Assembly (NCBI GenBank): GCA_027604505.1
Contig: JADIIX010000006.1
Span: forward strand, 248,001 to 308,043
From: Gonapodya sp. JEL0774
Lineage: Eukaryota
Direction: 5' to 3'
DNA: 60,043 nucleotides
The position numbers and the translations under genes are program-made. Each line of letters begins with the position of its first letter. The stretch's first letter is position 1. The notes beneath the pieces were generated by a model. That model worked only from the letters and a program-made list of their open reading frames with translations, had not been told where the DNA came from and made no database searches. This document shows, one piece after another, positions 25,365 through 38,700 of the stretch.

Positions 25365-26302
25365 TCACAGTTTCTTACGAGATACTCCACCTGTCTTCAG
25401 AATCTGTTTTATGAACTCATGGTCTTCGTTGGTCAAAATGTCATCACCAGCCAGCAAAGACATTACAACCGGGATTTTGTCATTTCCCCAGAGGATTTCG
25501 TCGCTGTGATCAAAGGTGACTGCGAGTTGAGGGCATACGAATTGTTGTGACAGTTCTTAGAAAGTCGCATTGGAAGAAACTCCCAACAGCAGGGCACAAC
25601 ATACAAGAAGGGACTCCAAACAGTCCACGTTCAATCGCCGCGTCAGTGCTCTCTCTCAGAGCGTGTTTTACCGCATCTGATTTGGAGATCTCAATGAGTT
25701 CGTCACTATCTCCGCGGCCCATGTCCAACAGGGCGAGCCTCAAATCAGTGGCGACTGACAGGTCGTATTTGAAACGATGGCCCCACGCAGCATTAAAAAG
25801 CCCACTAATAATGGAAGGTTGCTCTTGTGAAGGTACCGCAAGAGCGATTCTGCAGAGAAAGTGAGGCAACAGCTCTGCACTCTGACCAACCAACCCACGT
25901 GAGGAACTCACCTGAGAGCATCAACACTCTTGTACGGATGGCTTTTTGGTTGCCCGAGAAAGATCCCCTCTCTTTTGGCCACTCTGTGCAAATCCAAGTA
26001 CAGCCCAGTCCTTTTCGTGGAAATTTCAGCAGGGCCAACCAAACCATGATGCGAGAGCAGAGCGCCTAACACAATGGGATGATACCGAACCGTGACTTCA
26101 GGGAATGCAGGAAGAACTCGATGAACAAGATTTTGATGGGCTAGGAATGAGTAGGGCTGCAACAGTTTGAGATGAGTGTGTCTTATGGGTCATACTGTTT
26201 TCTTGAGGACGACTGCATCAAAGCAAAAGCCATTGGACTCAGATGGAGGCTCACGCTGACAAAGTCAAACCAAAAGCTCAGCGTTTTTCCTGTGCCGGAC
26301 AT
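25365..26302 (-). CDS. DsbA-like / glutathione S-transferase kappa (2-hydroxychromene-2-carboxylate isomerase family), multi-exon
   Basis: LSFWFDFVS-PYSFLA, VRYHPIVLGAL, HPYKSVDALR, LRESTDAAIERGLFGVPS, LWGNDKI. Confidence 0.85.
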
Positions 26303-26698
26303 GGAGGATGCAATTTATTGGTTGTAATGAAAATTTGATTCTGTACACGACGACCATGATACATCACCAGTTCATTACCGGTATACAATACGTACACATG
26401 ATATTAATGTATTCTGCCGAGCAGAGATCATCAATGAGAACGGACCTTCTCCCAAAGGTCCTGGCTCACATCACTCCTCGGATGCATATGGCTGGTGCAT
26501 GCGGCAGTTCTAACTTACCTATCACCTGTGAAGGCAATGCTCGCAACTGGCCGCACCTAACTTCATGACACACCCCACGACAACACGGAAATTGCAACGT
26601 GTTCAATCTCAGCCACAAAAGTTAATGCAGATAAATGCGCTCGAACTCATCGCTCTCGTGGGTCTCGAGGAGGCTATCCTGCCCTTCTTCTCTGCTCT

Positions 26699-28378
26699 TC
26701 ATCTCCTCTCCCATCTTTCAAGCTCCTCCACTGCCACCCCCATGGCAACTAGCGCTTCCCCATCTAAGCTCCAAAACGCGTCCAGATACTTTTTGGGATA
26801 GGCAGACGGAACGTCCACCTCCTCTGGTGGCGGAAGAGGCGGATACATTATGGGGTCAATTTCTGATTCTTGGACATAGAGTGAGTGGAACAAATGTGCA
26901 GCGAGGACGTGAATGCGGTCTAAGAGAGTGGAGGATGGGAAGGGAGAGCCCAACTGCGGAACCTTGGGCTCAAAGGAAGGAGAAATATTTGCCGACGGAG
27001 AGGTGACCGACAGCGGAGAGGGAGAGCGTGGTATTTCCTTGAACTTCTTCTGAATCTCATCAGCTTCGTCGTTCGAGCCGTCCTTGATGCCATACACGGC
27101 ATCTCCGACATCATCATCACCCGTCCTAACCATCTTCTTCTTTCTCGCATCTGGCGCCCGTGATCGTGTTCTTTTTCTTTTTCGAGGTGCCCCCGATTCC
27201 CTACCAAGCGTTGCACCGTCGTCGCTATCGGATTTGATGTACGACTTAGTTCTGGCGCGGTCCGACGTAGAGCGAGCAAATGCAAGCCATCTTCGGGAGC
27301 CAAATAGTGTGCTTTGCGGGTAACGGACAGTAGGGATCAACATTGGTGGGAGGGGGATCTTGGCGGCCATGAGAGCAGACGGAAGTGAAAGAGCCGGTGT
27401 TGGTGCCTGCATTGTGTTGCTCTCTAAACCCATTTGGGCTTTGGCTGGATGCTCCATATTAAGTGGAGGGTAGTCCAATGAGTCGGTATCCGAGTGAGAA
27501 TTCCGAAGACCCTCGGATTTCTTCCTGTTATCGTCTGTATCGGCCACTTCATTCCCCCGCCATTGTGAAGCCTGTTCAATAGTATCAACGGAGGGAGTTT
27601 GAGCAGCTTCTTCGAGGTCACCATCATTTCGAGTAATTGATCTACCACGAGTTCTTGATATCTCCCATCCCATACGCAAACCTTGAGGTACCATCGAGTC
27701 CACGTCAACTTCCATTGTCCCAAAAACGGCATCCAGCGCTCTTTCGGTGGCATCTTTGATCTCTGCTGTTCCAATGTATCCATCTCTGAAGGGCCCTTCC
27801 TCCACGGTAAACAAAGCCGCATCCGCGAACCCAATGTCCTCGGCGGAGAATAGATTGTCACCATCTCTGCTCAGCATGGCACGCTGCTTCCAATAGCTCC
27901 CCAAATATTTATCCTCTAAAGGATGGAAGTGTTTGTTTATTGACTGAGCACGACGACGTGCTGGAGGGTCAGAGGAGTTGAATACGTCTCCCGAGCCCAC
28001 ATGGTGCGTCAAGGGACCTGGCAAAAAGGCGCAAACCTTTGCTTTCAAGTGACATGCTGTGCAAGGAGGCTGCGGGATGAGACGAATCTCGAGCTGTCCG
28101 ACTTCTTCACCTCCTGGACGTGATTTACGCAAAACAGACACGTCTTGCTTGCCATTCTCTGACTCCATATCCATTTCATTGTCATGATTTCCGTCATTGT
28201 GTCCATCCGTTCGTTTGTGGTCAATTTTCCCTATACTTTGTCGTTCTTCCACAAAAGCCAGGTCGCAGTCGAGATTGCCCCTGAAGCATCTGTCACACCG
28301 GCGAAGAATGGGGCTCTTAAAAGACCGTGTGACATTCTTGGGGATGGGAACACTGGTGCCGCGTGGAAGATAAGTCAT
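26699..28378 (-). CDS. Rrn10-like (RNA Pol I upstream activation factor) protein with N-terminal split Zn2Cys6-like motif
   Basis: C-terminal PSSTLLDRIHVLAAHLF...SLDGEALVAMGVAVEE resembles the UAF Rrn10 signature. N-terminal CDRCFRGNLDC ... PCTACHLKAKVC. Confidence 0.6.
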   Translation of the reverse strand: MTYLPRGTSVPIPKNVTRSFKSPILRRCDRCFRGNLDCDLAFVEERQSIGKIDHKRTDGHNDGNHDNEMDMESENGKQDVSVLRKSRPGGEEVGQLEIRLIPQPPCTACHLKAKVCAFLPGPLTHHVGSGDVFNSSDPPARRRAQSINKHFHPLEDKYLGSYWKQRAMLSRDGDNLFSAEDIGFADAALFTVEEGPFRDGYIGTAEIKDATERALDAVFGTMEVDVDSMVPQGLRMGWEISRTRGRSITRNDGDLEEAAQTPSVDTIEQASQWRGNEVADTDDNRKKSEGLRNSHSDTDSLDYPPLNMEHPAKAQMGLESNTMQAPTPALSLPSALMAAKIPLPPMLIPTVRYPQSTLFGSRRWLAFARSTSDRARTKSYIKSDSDDGATLGRESGAPRKRKRTRSRAPDARKKKMVRTGDDDVGDAVYGIKDGSNDEADEIQKKFKEIPRSPSPLSVTSPSANISPSFEPKVPQLGSPFPSSTLLDRIHVLAAHLFHSLYVQESEIDPIMYPPLPPPEEVDVPSAYPKKYLDAFWSLDGEALVAMGVAVEELERWERR

Positions 28379-28548
28379 TGTGACTCTGTTTGAGCTGCCC
28401 TCAATGTGTATCAAATGTGGCCCGTGCACTGGTTCGGGACAAATCCTGGAACTGTGCCCATGACGTTTGGTGTCGTCAACTGAACCCACTTGGTCCATAT
28501 ATAGTCTCAGAGCTTTCAGTTTTCGCAATCGAGGACAAGCAATCAAGC

Positions 28549-29553
28549 ATGCCCTTCTTAGGCACAGAAGTCAATGCCCCGCCGGGCGACGACGTTATCT
28601 CTCGAATGCTCACTGGGAACAAGCTCTGGGTGGAGACATCGAAACAGCAATTCGGCGAAGATTTCTTCCAAAACTTGAGTAAGGGACAAGCACCGGAGGT
28701 TTGCTTCATTGGATGTTCGGACTCTCGAGTTCCGGCGGAAAGACTGACTGGAATGAAACCGGTGAGAGATGAGAGATGCCTGGAACTCCTGATATGCTCC
28801 TCATTTGATTTTCCCGTCCTCCAAAGGGCGAGCTTTTCGTACACCGCAATATTGCCAATGTCATTTCGCATACAGATGTCTCCGCACTTTCTGTCCTTCA
28901 GTTCTCAGTGTTGTCGCTTGGGGTCAAACACGTCGTTGTGGGTTGGACTTGATCTATTCTATCGCAACTTCCGATAAAATAGCTGTCTCCCAAAACAGAT
29001 TTGTGGTCATGACCACTGCGGAGGTGTCGGTGAGCTCACTCTATTCATATGATTCTGTTCGCGCACCAACCGGTATGGAACTCCTCTTTCGTAAAACTCG
29101 AAAGCGGCGGCCCTGGTTTGTTCGGCATTGATAGCAGCATTTCAAGAAAAAGGAGCGTGATACTGAACATGCTCTTGTCTTCTTATGATCCCACCGTACC
29201 GCCAGAGTGGAAATGATTTTCCGGGAGTTATCGACACCTGGCTTAACAACATCCGTGACGTCATCAACAAACACAAATCGGCCATTTCCAAACTACCGCC
29301 GGCTGCCAAGCTTGCGCTAACTGTCCAACTCAACGTTGCCAACTCGTTGCGCAATGTGTGCGCGAGCCCAGCCGTACGAGAAGCGTGGAAAGCGGGAAAG
29401 TCTCTTACGGTGCACGGCTGGGTCTACGATTTGACAACTGGACTGGTAGAAGACCTTGATTTGAAGGTCTCTAAAATAGAGGAGGTTGACCGCTTCGAGG
29501 AGGATGTGGAAGAGAAGATTATCAAAAAGGCACTGCGATTACAACACGCGTAG
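28549..29553 (+). CDS. NCE103: Beta-class carbonic anhydrase, multi-exon
   Basis: [58 protein letters not shown]. Confidence 0.95.
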
Positions 29554-29941
29554 GGACGGGGTAAACAATCGGTCCATCTTTGGCGACGGGCAATCATGCC
29601 AGAATGTTGCTGATTTGTAAAATATAGAAAACTGCACCAATCTCTGTCTTTCGTCTTTGGGTCTGTCTTTGTATTTGGGTAAAGTGTTAAGGTTTAAGGC
29701 ATGTTGTAAACATTGAAGAACCGGTCTCTGAATATTATTCTGCACACTGCCGCACTCTCAAATAACGACTTAAAAATACTTTGGAGGAGCAGCAAACAGG
29801 CTCTTCGATATTGAGTACATGAGAAACGTGTTCTCATACACAACGTGTTTTCCTCCTTTTTCGGTGGCTCGGCCATGTATGGGCATATTTGTCCGTGACC
29901 TTTCATCAATATAAAGTGTGAGCACTCGCCATCTGCTCCCA

Positions 29942-32776
29942 ATGGCTTCGGAATCAGCGGACGTGAACGTTGTATCTCAGGCGACGCTTGCTGATGCCGA
30001 AATGGAGGTTAAACCCGCGGACGATTCTGATCCTGAGGAGTCCTTGCAGCTGAAGGACCACGACGGCGTCGCAGATGAGGCAGACAAAGCACCAACAACC
30101 CTACAATACACCCCGCTATCATTTTCTCTGCTCTTTGTTGGGTGAGAGCACATGTTTTTTCCGTTTTCGGGTCACATTCACAGAATTTATTGCGCAATCC
30201 ACTACCTGTAGACTAGCGTGCGTTCTCAATCGTCTCAGTTCTATGCCGTATTATTGACCTCTTATTGGATGTAGTCTCGCTGTCTTCCTTGGGGCGCTGG
30301 ACCAAACAATTCTTGCGGTGGCAATTCGCAAGTGTCATCTGTACCAGTGTCATCTCCACGTATCCAGATGCTCATCTCTCCGCTCTCTCGGGCTCTCTGT
30401 ATCTCACTCCTTTATCTTTCTTCTCTTTGCGACTTTACTACAGCATCCATTGTGACAGGTCAGTCTTCGTCTTCGCCTTTTTCACCACTGCGTGTGTATC
30501 CCTCAAATGCCGCTTTCAGATTTCCAAACATTCTCCGGTCTCTCTTGGATTTTTACCTCTTATTTACTCACAGCTACGGGTGCGTGTAGATAAACATTGT
30601 TTTGGTTCACCGTTATGTTGTAACGTTGCGGTCTCTGTCAGCGTTTATACCAACTTATGGAAAAGCCGCGGATGTATTCGGACGGAAGGCAGTTATTCTT
30701 GTTGCCATTATTGTGTTTGAAGTTGGTAGTGCGATTTGTGGTGTAGCGACTAGCATGACAATGCTCATCGTAGGAAGAGCAGGTACGTTGTAAGTCCATG
30801 TAAGGACGATTTGCGGAGTAGTGACCTGTTTGTCGAATTGCAGTTGCCGGGCTCGGGGGAGGCGGAATCTTCTCGATCGTTATCGTCATAATCTCGTATG
30901 TGTCTTTCGCGGAAGTTGACTCTGGGCTCAAAATGATACTCAAATCGTCGCACTCTTCGTACGTAAAAAAGCGACATCACACCGTTGGAGAAACGTCCTC
31001 TGTACCAGGGGGTCATAGGGGGTGAGTTCCAGATTGCGAACAGTGATCCCCTGCGAATCTGTGACACCCTTTGCTGTCAAAATCTCAGGTGTCTTTGGTC
31101 TTGCCTCAGTCGCTGGTCCACTAATGGGAGGTGCCTTCACGTGAGCGGCTGTTGCGAGGAACCGAGATATCTCAACGCACCCACTCACGTGTCCATTGGT
31201 CATATTTCGAAATGAAGTGATCATATTTCTTGGCGATGGTGCTTGTGAGTCGACGTTTGGTTCTATCTGTTCCTGGGACCCCGTGTCTTAATGTTTCCTC
31301 CGTTCAACGCCTTCAGCTACATCAACCTACCGCTGGGAGTGATTACGATTTTGACTGTTATCTTTTTGCTACGGTTGCCCGTGAGTATTTCGCGAGAGGT
31401 TGCGCCACCGTGCATTATCCCCACCCCACAAGTTCCCATCCTACCAAAACAAACTTATCTAGGTTGGTTCCGGTGACATATCAAAACAACTTCGGAGAAT
31501 GGATGTCTCCGGCACCTTTCTGCTTGTTCTTGGGATCGTGCTTGTTCTTGTTCCACTCGCCGAGGGGGGAAACGAGTACCCCTGGAACTCTGGCTTTGTC
31601 ATTGGACTTTTGATAGCTGGATGTAAGTCAAGATTTTAGTCAGCATACCTGACTCGAATGGGAACTCATCGAAGTTCGGAATTCCAGTCGTTGTGCTGGG
31701 CCTTTTCGTTTATGTAGAAGCCAGGGTGGCAGTGGAACCAGTCATTCCACTTTCGTTGTACGTATACATTCGCACGGTGGTATCAGCAGGTGGTCTCCTC
31801 ACATGTTGATAACTAACAGGTTCAAAAATCGTTACGTGGCGATTGTTTTCCTGTGCTCATTCTTCAACGGGATGGCCTTTTTCTCGCTGCTCTCCTATAC
31901 ACCGACCTACTTCCAAGTGGTCAACGGTGACACACCTACACAAGCGGGCATTGACTCCCTTCCTCTCATCCTGTCGCTCGTTGTATTTTCCATTCTCTCG
32001 GGAGTCATTATGTCATCCACGGGTTACTACCAACCATTATTAATGATCGGAGCATCCATGGAGATCGTGGGAGGTGCATTAATGTACACTCTCAACCAGA
32101 ATTCTCGCACGGATCAGAAAGTTGGCTATCTGATCATGACTGGAGGAGGTAGGTACTTCTTGCAGTGTTTGAAGAACGCTTCCCGCTAATTAGTTTGTGG
32201 ATATGACTGTAATGTACGGCAATTTAGGCCTGGGCCTGAGTGTACAGACTCTAATAATTGCTGCTCAAGTGGCCGCTCCTCCAGAGCAACTTTCAGTGCG
32301 TGATCACAACACTGGACATGCGTGAACTGGCACTTATTCACTTATTGGGTCCCGCGTCTTACCAATAGCTTGTCACTGCCAATGTAAATTTCTGGCAGCA
32401 AATTGGTGCTGTTTTGGGGATAGCTATCACGTCATCGGTAAGCTGCCCAGAGCCCCAAATCCGTTTGTGATGGTTCGTTGTGCTGACACAATGAGGTGTT
32501 TGCTAGGTCTTTTCGAACAAATTGACCACTTCTCTCATGGAACTTGCACCGAATGCCGTCGTTGCCTACGTCAAAAATAACCCATCCAACCTGCGTAACT
32601 CACCTCCATCTCTCATCCCACCAGAAGAGCTCGAAGGCGTCATCAGCGCATACGTGGCGGGCCTGGACTTGCTCTTCCTGCTCACCGTGCCGTTCGCGGG
32701 CATGTACTTCATTTCAAGCTTGTTCGTAAAGAAATCCAAGCTTCCAAAAGGTATCGAGATGGCAGTAGCTGGCTAG
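29942..32776 (+). CDS. MFS drug:H+ antiporter (DHA2, 14-TMS type), many exons
   Basis: LGALDQTI, PTYGKAADVFGRK, FEVGSAICG, LIVGRA-VAGLGGGG, DITPLEKRPLYQG, GPLMGGAF, WRWC-YINLPLG, YFQVVNGDTP. Confidence 0.93.
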
Positions 32777-33024
32777 AAACGGAATATATCATTGGCCTTA
32801 GATTTTGGCTGTGGTCATGATCACTGCAACTACTATGCAAACATAGATGTATTCCCCACCATAAACTTTTTATTCTTTCAAAGAGATCTTCCGCTAACTT
32901 GCGATAGGGCGTTTCTCAAGCGGAGGAACAGAAATGAATCATGGTGGGATTTGTGTGAGGTACACATACTGTACACACATAGTCTGGGTGCTCCATTCGC
33001 GTACTCCGGACGTTATGCAACTTT

Positions 33025-33190
33025 TGTGACAAAGTCCGGTGGGAGGTTGGACTTGGCGCACAAAAACTCTGACGGGCCCCACCGGAGGCACAAGCTTCCC
33101 TAGGCTGGGATACTCGCCTCTCCCAAAGGCGCCCATATTGAAAAATTGTGGTGCAAAGTCCAAGCCGACCTTCCCAGCCTTGTTAGCACA
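33025..33190. repeat. Imperfect inverted repeat (MITE-like or structured RNA)
   Basis: The left arm tgtgacaaagtccggtgggaggttggacttggcgcacaa aligns, with gaps, to the reverse complement of ttgtggtgcaaagtccaagccgaccttcccagccttgttagcaca. Confidence 0.5.
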
Positions 33191-33590
33191 TCACCCTTGC
33201 ATTGGTGAGTTGACAAATCGTGCTCAGACCTCGTGGGCGGCAACAGCACCAGGACACTATTTCTCGACTATCTGGACGCCTGGAACTATCCACTCGTTCC
33301 CGACGACTTCGTAATATATGTATCGTGTACCACCCTCGCTCAAAAACTACACGACACAACCGACTCAGCGCATAACACGTATACCAATAAATCAGTACTG
33401 CTATTATTGCGCCGGGTTACTGGTTACCGTCTCAGGAAGCACCGGACCCCTCAACCGGGAGTGCCGGCTGGGCTGCTTCAGGCATTGCTCCGGATTCACA
33501 ACAACCATCACCAAAACGTGCTGTGGCCATTCTCTTCACCTCCTGGTTGCGCAACAAACAGTTTCCATTCTGCCCGCGCTCTGAAACATC

Positions 33591-35590
33591 ATGTCGTCGA
33601 ACGCAGATCCTCTCGATCCGTTCAATGTTCTCGATATACTGAGGAAAACGCTCCCACGATCGGAGTCCCTACAACGTGAATCCGCCCTGTCATCCGAGTC
33701 AAGCTCATCGGCTCCCTCAACTCCCGATGTTCTGTTTCGAAGCCAAGCCGATGTAGTAACGGGAACTATTCATGCATCCATGCTGGCACTGGGTTTCAGA
33801 TTGGTCGCGCTTGGTGAAGAGGGACCTGTCGATGAGTCTATGGGCGATGGCGGGGTCCCCACTGGTAGGTAATCAACCATTCATCCTCCATTTCACTTGT
33901 CACTGGGAAAGTGAAAGAGAATGACGAAACCGGACGAAAATTATCTCCCATGATTGATCTCTATATTTTTGCTTGGGACTACCACCTTTTATCCGGTGTA
34001 CAAGTCCGACCTCTCCTTCCGCAATGGAACGCATCGCAGGATGCGTACGCCTTTCGCTATAAACATGAGCGCTCTGCGTTCACTTTTTTGATCAAGATTC
34101 TAAAAATGGCCAGCAAGCTCATTATCAATGGTCTTGCTCCTGAGGTGAGCTAGATGATTAAATCTCCGCTTTGGTGAAAAGCCAAGTCTTAAGATGGATG
34201 GATTTTGGTTTGAAGTCTGGAGAGGCCAAAGAGATGAGGAGATGCGTTTGCTAGTTGGGGACCCATGGCGTGAGATGTTGCACCATTCAAACTGTGTCAC
34301 ATGAACTCCTGTTTCCCACTAAAACACACACACTAGGACAACAAACTCCGCACTCTCACTATCGCCCTCCCAGACTTCATGTCCCCTTTTGGCAAGTACC
34401 CCTTCACCACTTCGGACGAGGCACGCATCCTCTTCGAACCGGAACCGCCAGCGAGTCCTTACTTCCGCCTCTTCAAGTCTTACGACAAGCTCCACGATTT
34501 GATATCCGGTTTTAAGGTCGACGTAATAATCCGAATCGCGCCAAACTTGCAGAAGGAGGGTTATGAGGAGGGAGTGAGGTGGGGCACCCATTTCAGACAA
34601 ACCATTTCGTGGTCTGGGAGAAACTATCAGAACATCAGCCACGTCATAACTCGAATTGAATACTTCTCTTGTAGCAACCCAACTCGTACTTCCGCTCCAT
34701 CTTCATCGTCAACACGGCCACCATCAGTCCAACCTCTTCCACGCCCTAATCCTCCGCAACCCCCTCGGCCCACACCATACGGCGACTTCCCTGCCAATCC
34801 CCTTGGCCCCGGCCGAAGTCCCTTCGCCATCGGCGACAGAGATTTGGATCCATTCTCTGCCGCGCCAGGTGTTGTGGGCATCGGTCCTTACTTCGGTGGG
34901 GGTGCCGGAGGTATTGGCCCATTTGGTGGTGGTGTTGGTGGTGGAGGCGGGCGAGGTCCATTCAGAGGCGGTGGAGGAGGCATGTATGTGGATCCCGCAC
35001 ATCCAATATTTGGCCCAAGAGGGGGTGGGGGAGGAGGATTCGGTGGCGGATGGGGTGAGGGCATACCATCTGGCCCTGGTGGGGAACGATTACCGCCCGG
35101 AGCTGTTCCTCCAGGTGCAAGATTTGATCCCATTATGCCTGGGATATCTGGTCCTGGATTTGGACCAAGACCGGGGAGGATGGGCCCAGGTTCAGGTGGG
35201 GGTGGGATTGGGTTGCCGCCGGGATCTGGAAGTCTGCCAGGGCAGCCGGGATGGGGTCCGGGAAGGAGACTGGGTGGAGATGAAGTTGAGATGCCTAGAT
35301 CGTGAGTAATTTTTCGCGTTCGCACGGCTGATGAGGGATCGTTGGATTGAACACCACCATATGCGCTCTGAAAGGGGAGAACCAGATCCAGACATTGACC
35401 TTCCCCCTCAAGGTGATGACGTGGGCGTGCCACCACACCAAACTCTAAGTGAGAGGTCACCACCAGGGTATGAGGTTGGTGATTGATGTTTGCTGCCTGC
35501 ACGTCCGATCAATTCAATGCTTTCCTACACATTCTCAATTGGCTTGGGTCCCGCCGTTGTCGTACCACGTTTTAGGACATGTTCATGTGA
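33591..35590 (+). CDS. PSMF1: PI31 proteasome regulator, multi-exon
   Basis: IHASMLALGFRL, LPQWN...YAFRYKH, IGDRDLDP, GGGMYV, PPGAVPPGARFDPI, GEPDPD, C-terminal DMFM* (HbYX-like). Confidence 0.9.
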
Positions 35591-35739
35591 TGAGACATGA
35601 GATATGATACGAGATGTGGAATGTCTTTGTGTATTTTGACACACGAAACATAGTGACGAGTCACATCAGAGAATGTGGAAATTTTGTATCAAAATAGATA
35701 AAATAATGAAAACAGGCATTAACAGATGCTACCAAGAAC

Positions 35740-38700
35740 TCATAGCAACTCGATGGAGGCCTCCAACCGCTCAGTCTCACGGGCCAGCTTCAATCTCTCA
35801 TGCACAGACTTAAGTCTCCTGAAGAAAAATTTACAATCGCCGTTGGCGCACAACACCTCCCTCATCCAAGAACCCTGGCATTGCCAACATTGGCTTTGCA
35901 CACGGCATTGTTCAGCATCAAGACTCCACACCTGTCCCAGTTTAGCCTCATATATCCTGGGCAGATCCACGACGTGCTTGACGCACACCGCGTGATCGAC
36001 ATGGATCTTCACACGGCATACCATACAGGAAGCGGACTCTGTAGACTTGCCAAAAAAGTTCGTGATTGTGCCAGGTTTGTGCTTCGATACCACGGGAACT
36101 TGCGAGGAGCGGGAGACCTTAGTGTGTGGACCATAAAAGAGATTCGAGACTTCCGATGGTGAAATAAACAGCTCGAACAGACGTTTGAGCTGATTCTCGA
36201 GTTGGTGATGGAGGTCTTTTGCATGAGCAAGAGAAGGATGTTCTTGAAATTCAAAATGAAAAGACTAGAACCCAACATTACCTACAGTATTCGTAGTCCA
36301 AAGGAATTTGATTTTGAATGGCATAAACTGGATCTTCACTCTTCTCGTGCCCCTTTGCCCCAACGTCTCCCTGAATATAGACAAACGAAATCCGTTCTCC
36401 GTCTTCAAACACACGCCCAGGCTCCCGCTTGCGAATTCGCTCTGCCAACTCCACATGTACTTGTTTCGTCTTGTAACTCTCAGTCTCGGTTCCAAGCCAC
36501 AAGCCTTTCGTAATAATAAACTGAAGACGCAGTGAAGTATTAGAAGAAACTCCGCAACTTTGCAAACATCTGCGCCGTCTTGCACCACACCAACCTCGCT
36601 GACATCAAAACTACCCTCGAGCATGCTTTGAATACTGCTTTTCACGTAGGTTTTTGCCTTTTCGATTGAAGACGCTCTCTCCAGGTCGGAAATCTGCTGA
36701 GCTCCATCTACTTGATCATTGTTCTTTCCAGAAGGACATATTATTTGAAGAACCGTGGTCATCATTCGAGCTAACAACGGGCACGAATCTCGGCGCTGTG
36801 ATTCCACACCCTGTGGCAGCACACGTCAGAGCTTTGAGTTTCAGTTTAGATCCACGAGGAGGAATACCTTCGCGTCCAATCCGATGGACCGGCCGTCTGG
36901 GGACCATTCCAGCCCCGCATAACGTTTTCTGTTCACCATTATAAACGGAAAATAAACTTTTTGAAACTCTAGCGCGATTGGATACTTGAAAATAGAAGAA
37001 CAATGATCGGCAATCAGCTTGCTGAATCGAATGGCGTCGTTGACCGATGTGTTCGGAAACTTCAGAAATACCGAGTCTGTGTCGCCATAGATGACCTGGG
37101 TATCAGTGGGAAAACCCTGACTCCTACGGAACTTCGTTTCGATTTCGACCTTTGTTCGTGCAAGCATTTGGGCTAGTGTGGTCCAAGTGGCGAGAAGATG
37201 ATATGAGCAGACCCTCAGCAGAGTGTTCGCGTCTTGAGTGACCCACTTACCACCGAAGAGAATGGTGGACTCCGCGATGGGCAAACACTGTAGTTTGGAA
37301 TCCTTCGCGCCAGTGAAGCCATATATAGCATTTGCGCTAACTTTTAGTGCAGTCTGGCGACCTGACCGGAACAAGGACCGTGGAGAATAATATCAGGAAA
37401 CTCGTAGGACAAAACTTAACCACCAACCGTTTAGCACAAGCTTCATCGTAGGGTCAGACGTTGCTAGCATTTGCTTTTTAACTTTTCTGAAATATGGGGG
37501 GGACATGATAAACATGAGCATTCCTGACTCTGAGAATTGTCTTTCGCAATGAACTCAAACTTGCTTTCTTTCCTCCAAAAAGGCTTCGAGTATAAGTGGA
37601 ACGATACCCTTCTTCACTGAAGAGTTAACAAAGTAACACTCTTGCGGGCCGAGTCCAGCCTCCCATTCACTACAGTCCATGAGATGGCGATCCTCTGGTT
37701 TCAACAAAGTATCGTAGGAAAGATTCTGGGATATAATAATAGAAGGATCTGAGATTTGAGAAGTCATGAAGTGAGAAATTGAGATGACGTTGAACGCATC
37801 GTGACACCCACAAAGTGAGCGGAAGTCAAGTACCGCACAGGGGTCGGTCGTATTCAGTCCCGTCTCCGGCATGCTCATTCGGGAGAACCCCTCAATGATC
37901 AATTGATGTTGAAAATTTTGACTTTAAAAACTCACTAATTAAGTGGTCCTTCGGTCATGCCACTGTCATTGCGATCCTTGGCACTTGGTATTACGATGTC
38001 CCTGGCCCGACAATAACGGCAGAGCTGACTCCAAAATCGTGCCATCTGTCCTCTCTAAAAGGATATGGGCACCAGGCGATCAGAATTAGTGGGTCCTGGC
38101 GTAATACAATGAGGGAAGAGTTTACCTGAAAACACTCCGCAATGTTGAGACCAGTCACTCGTGCCATCTCCAAGTAACCCACTAGGTGGGCGCCTTTTCT
38201 CCCTATATCCACAGCTAGTACTACTTCCCTCGCAACGTAATCGAAGAACCGTTTTCGAGATACTTCGTTGCCTGAGAACAGTCGGCCGAGTTGTGTCGGA
38301 GTGAGCGTTTCCTTAGTCCGCCCCAGATAACTTTGAACTGCCTCAGCAAACGAATACGAGCGGAGCCGCTCGTCGCGCTCTACTATCTGCCTGAGGTCCA
38401 GGAGAAGGCGACCAGGCACAACCATTTCCGTGAAAGCACGATTATTCGTTCCTGTACGAATAATAGTAATAAAATAAGGTAGAGACTTGACCCTCAAACA
38501 CAACACGAGATTTTACCGGCCATTCTCCTCTGTGCTCTCACCCAACTAGCTCCGTATATCTGGTGCTTCCCAATTTTGACATCAACCGCGGCGAGACGGC
38601 CCAGTTTCCCCCAACCATTAACATTCAACTCCTTTGCCCTGTTGATGATCAGCGCAAAGCTTTCGGCGGCATCCCAGCCACTCAGCACATCCGGATCATA

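Noticed and set aside
34627..35502. Several overlapping long ORFs on both strands
   Set aside because: They are by-products of the Gly/Pro-rich PI31 exon, which has few stops in other frames.
38055..38070. ATATCCTTT on the - strand, resembling a U12 intron donor
   Set aside because: It is the polypyrimidine/acceptor end of an ordinary GT-AG intron in the polymerase gene.
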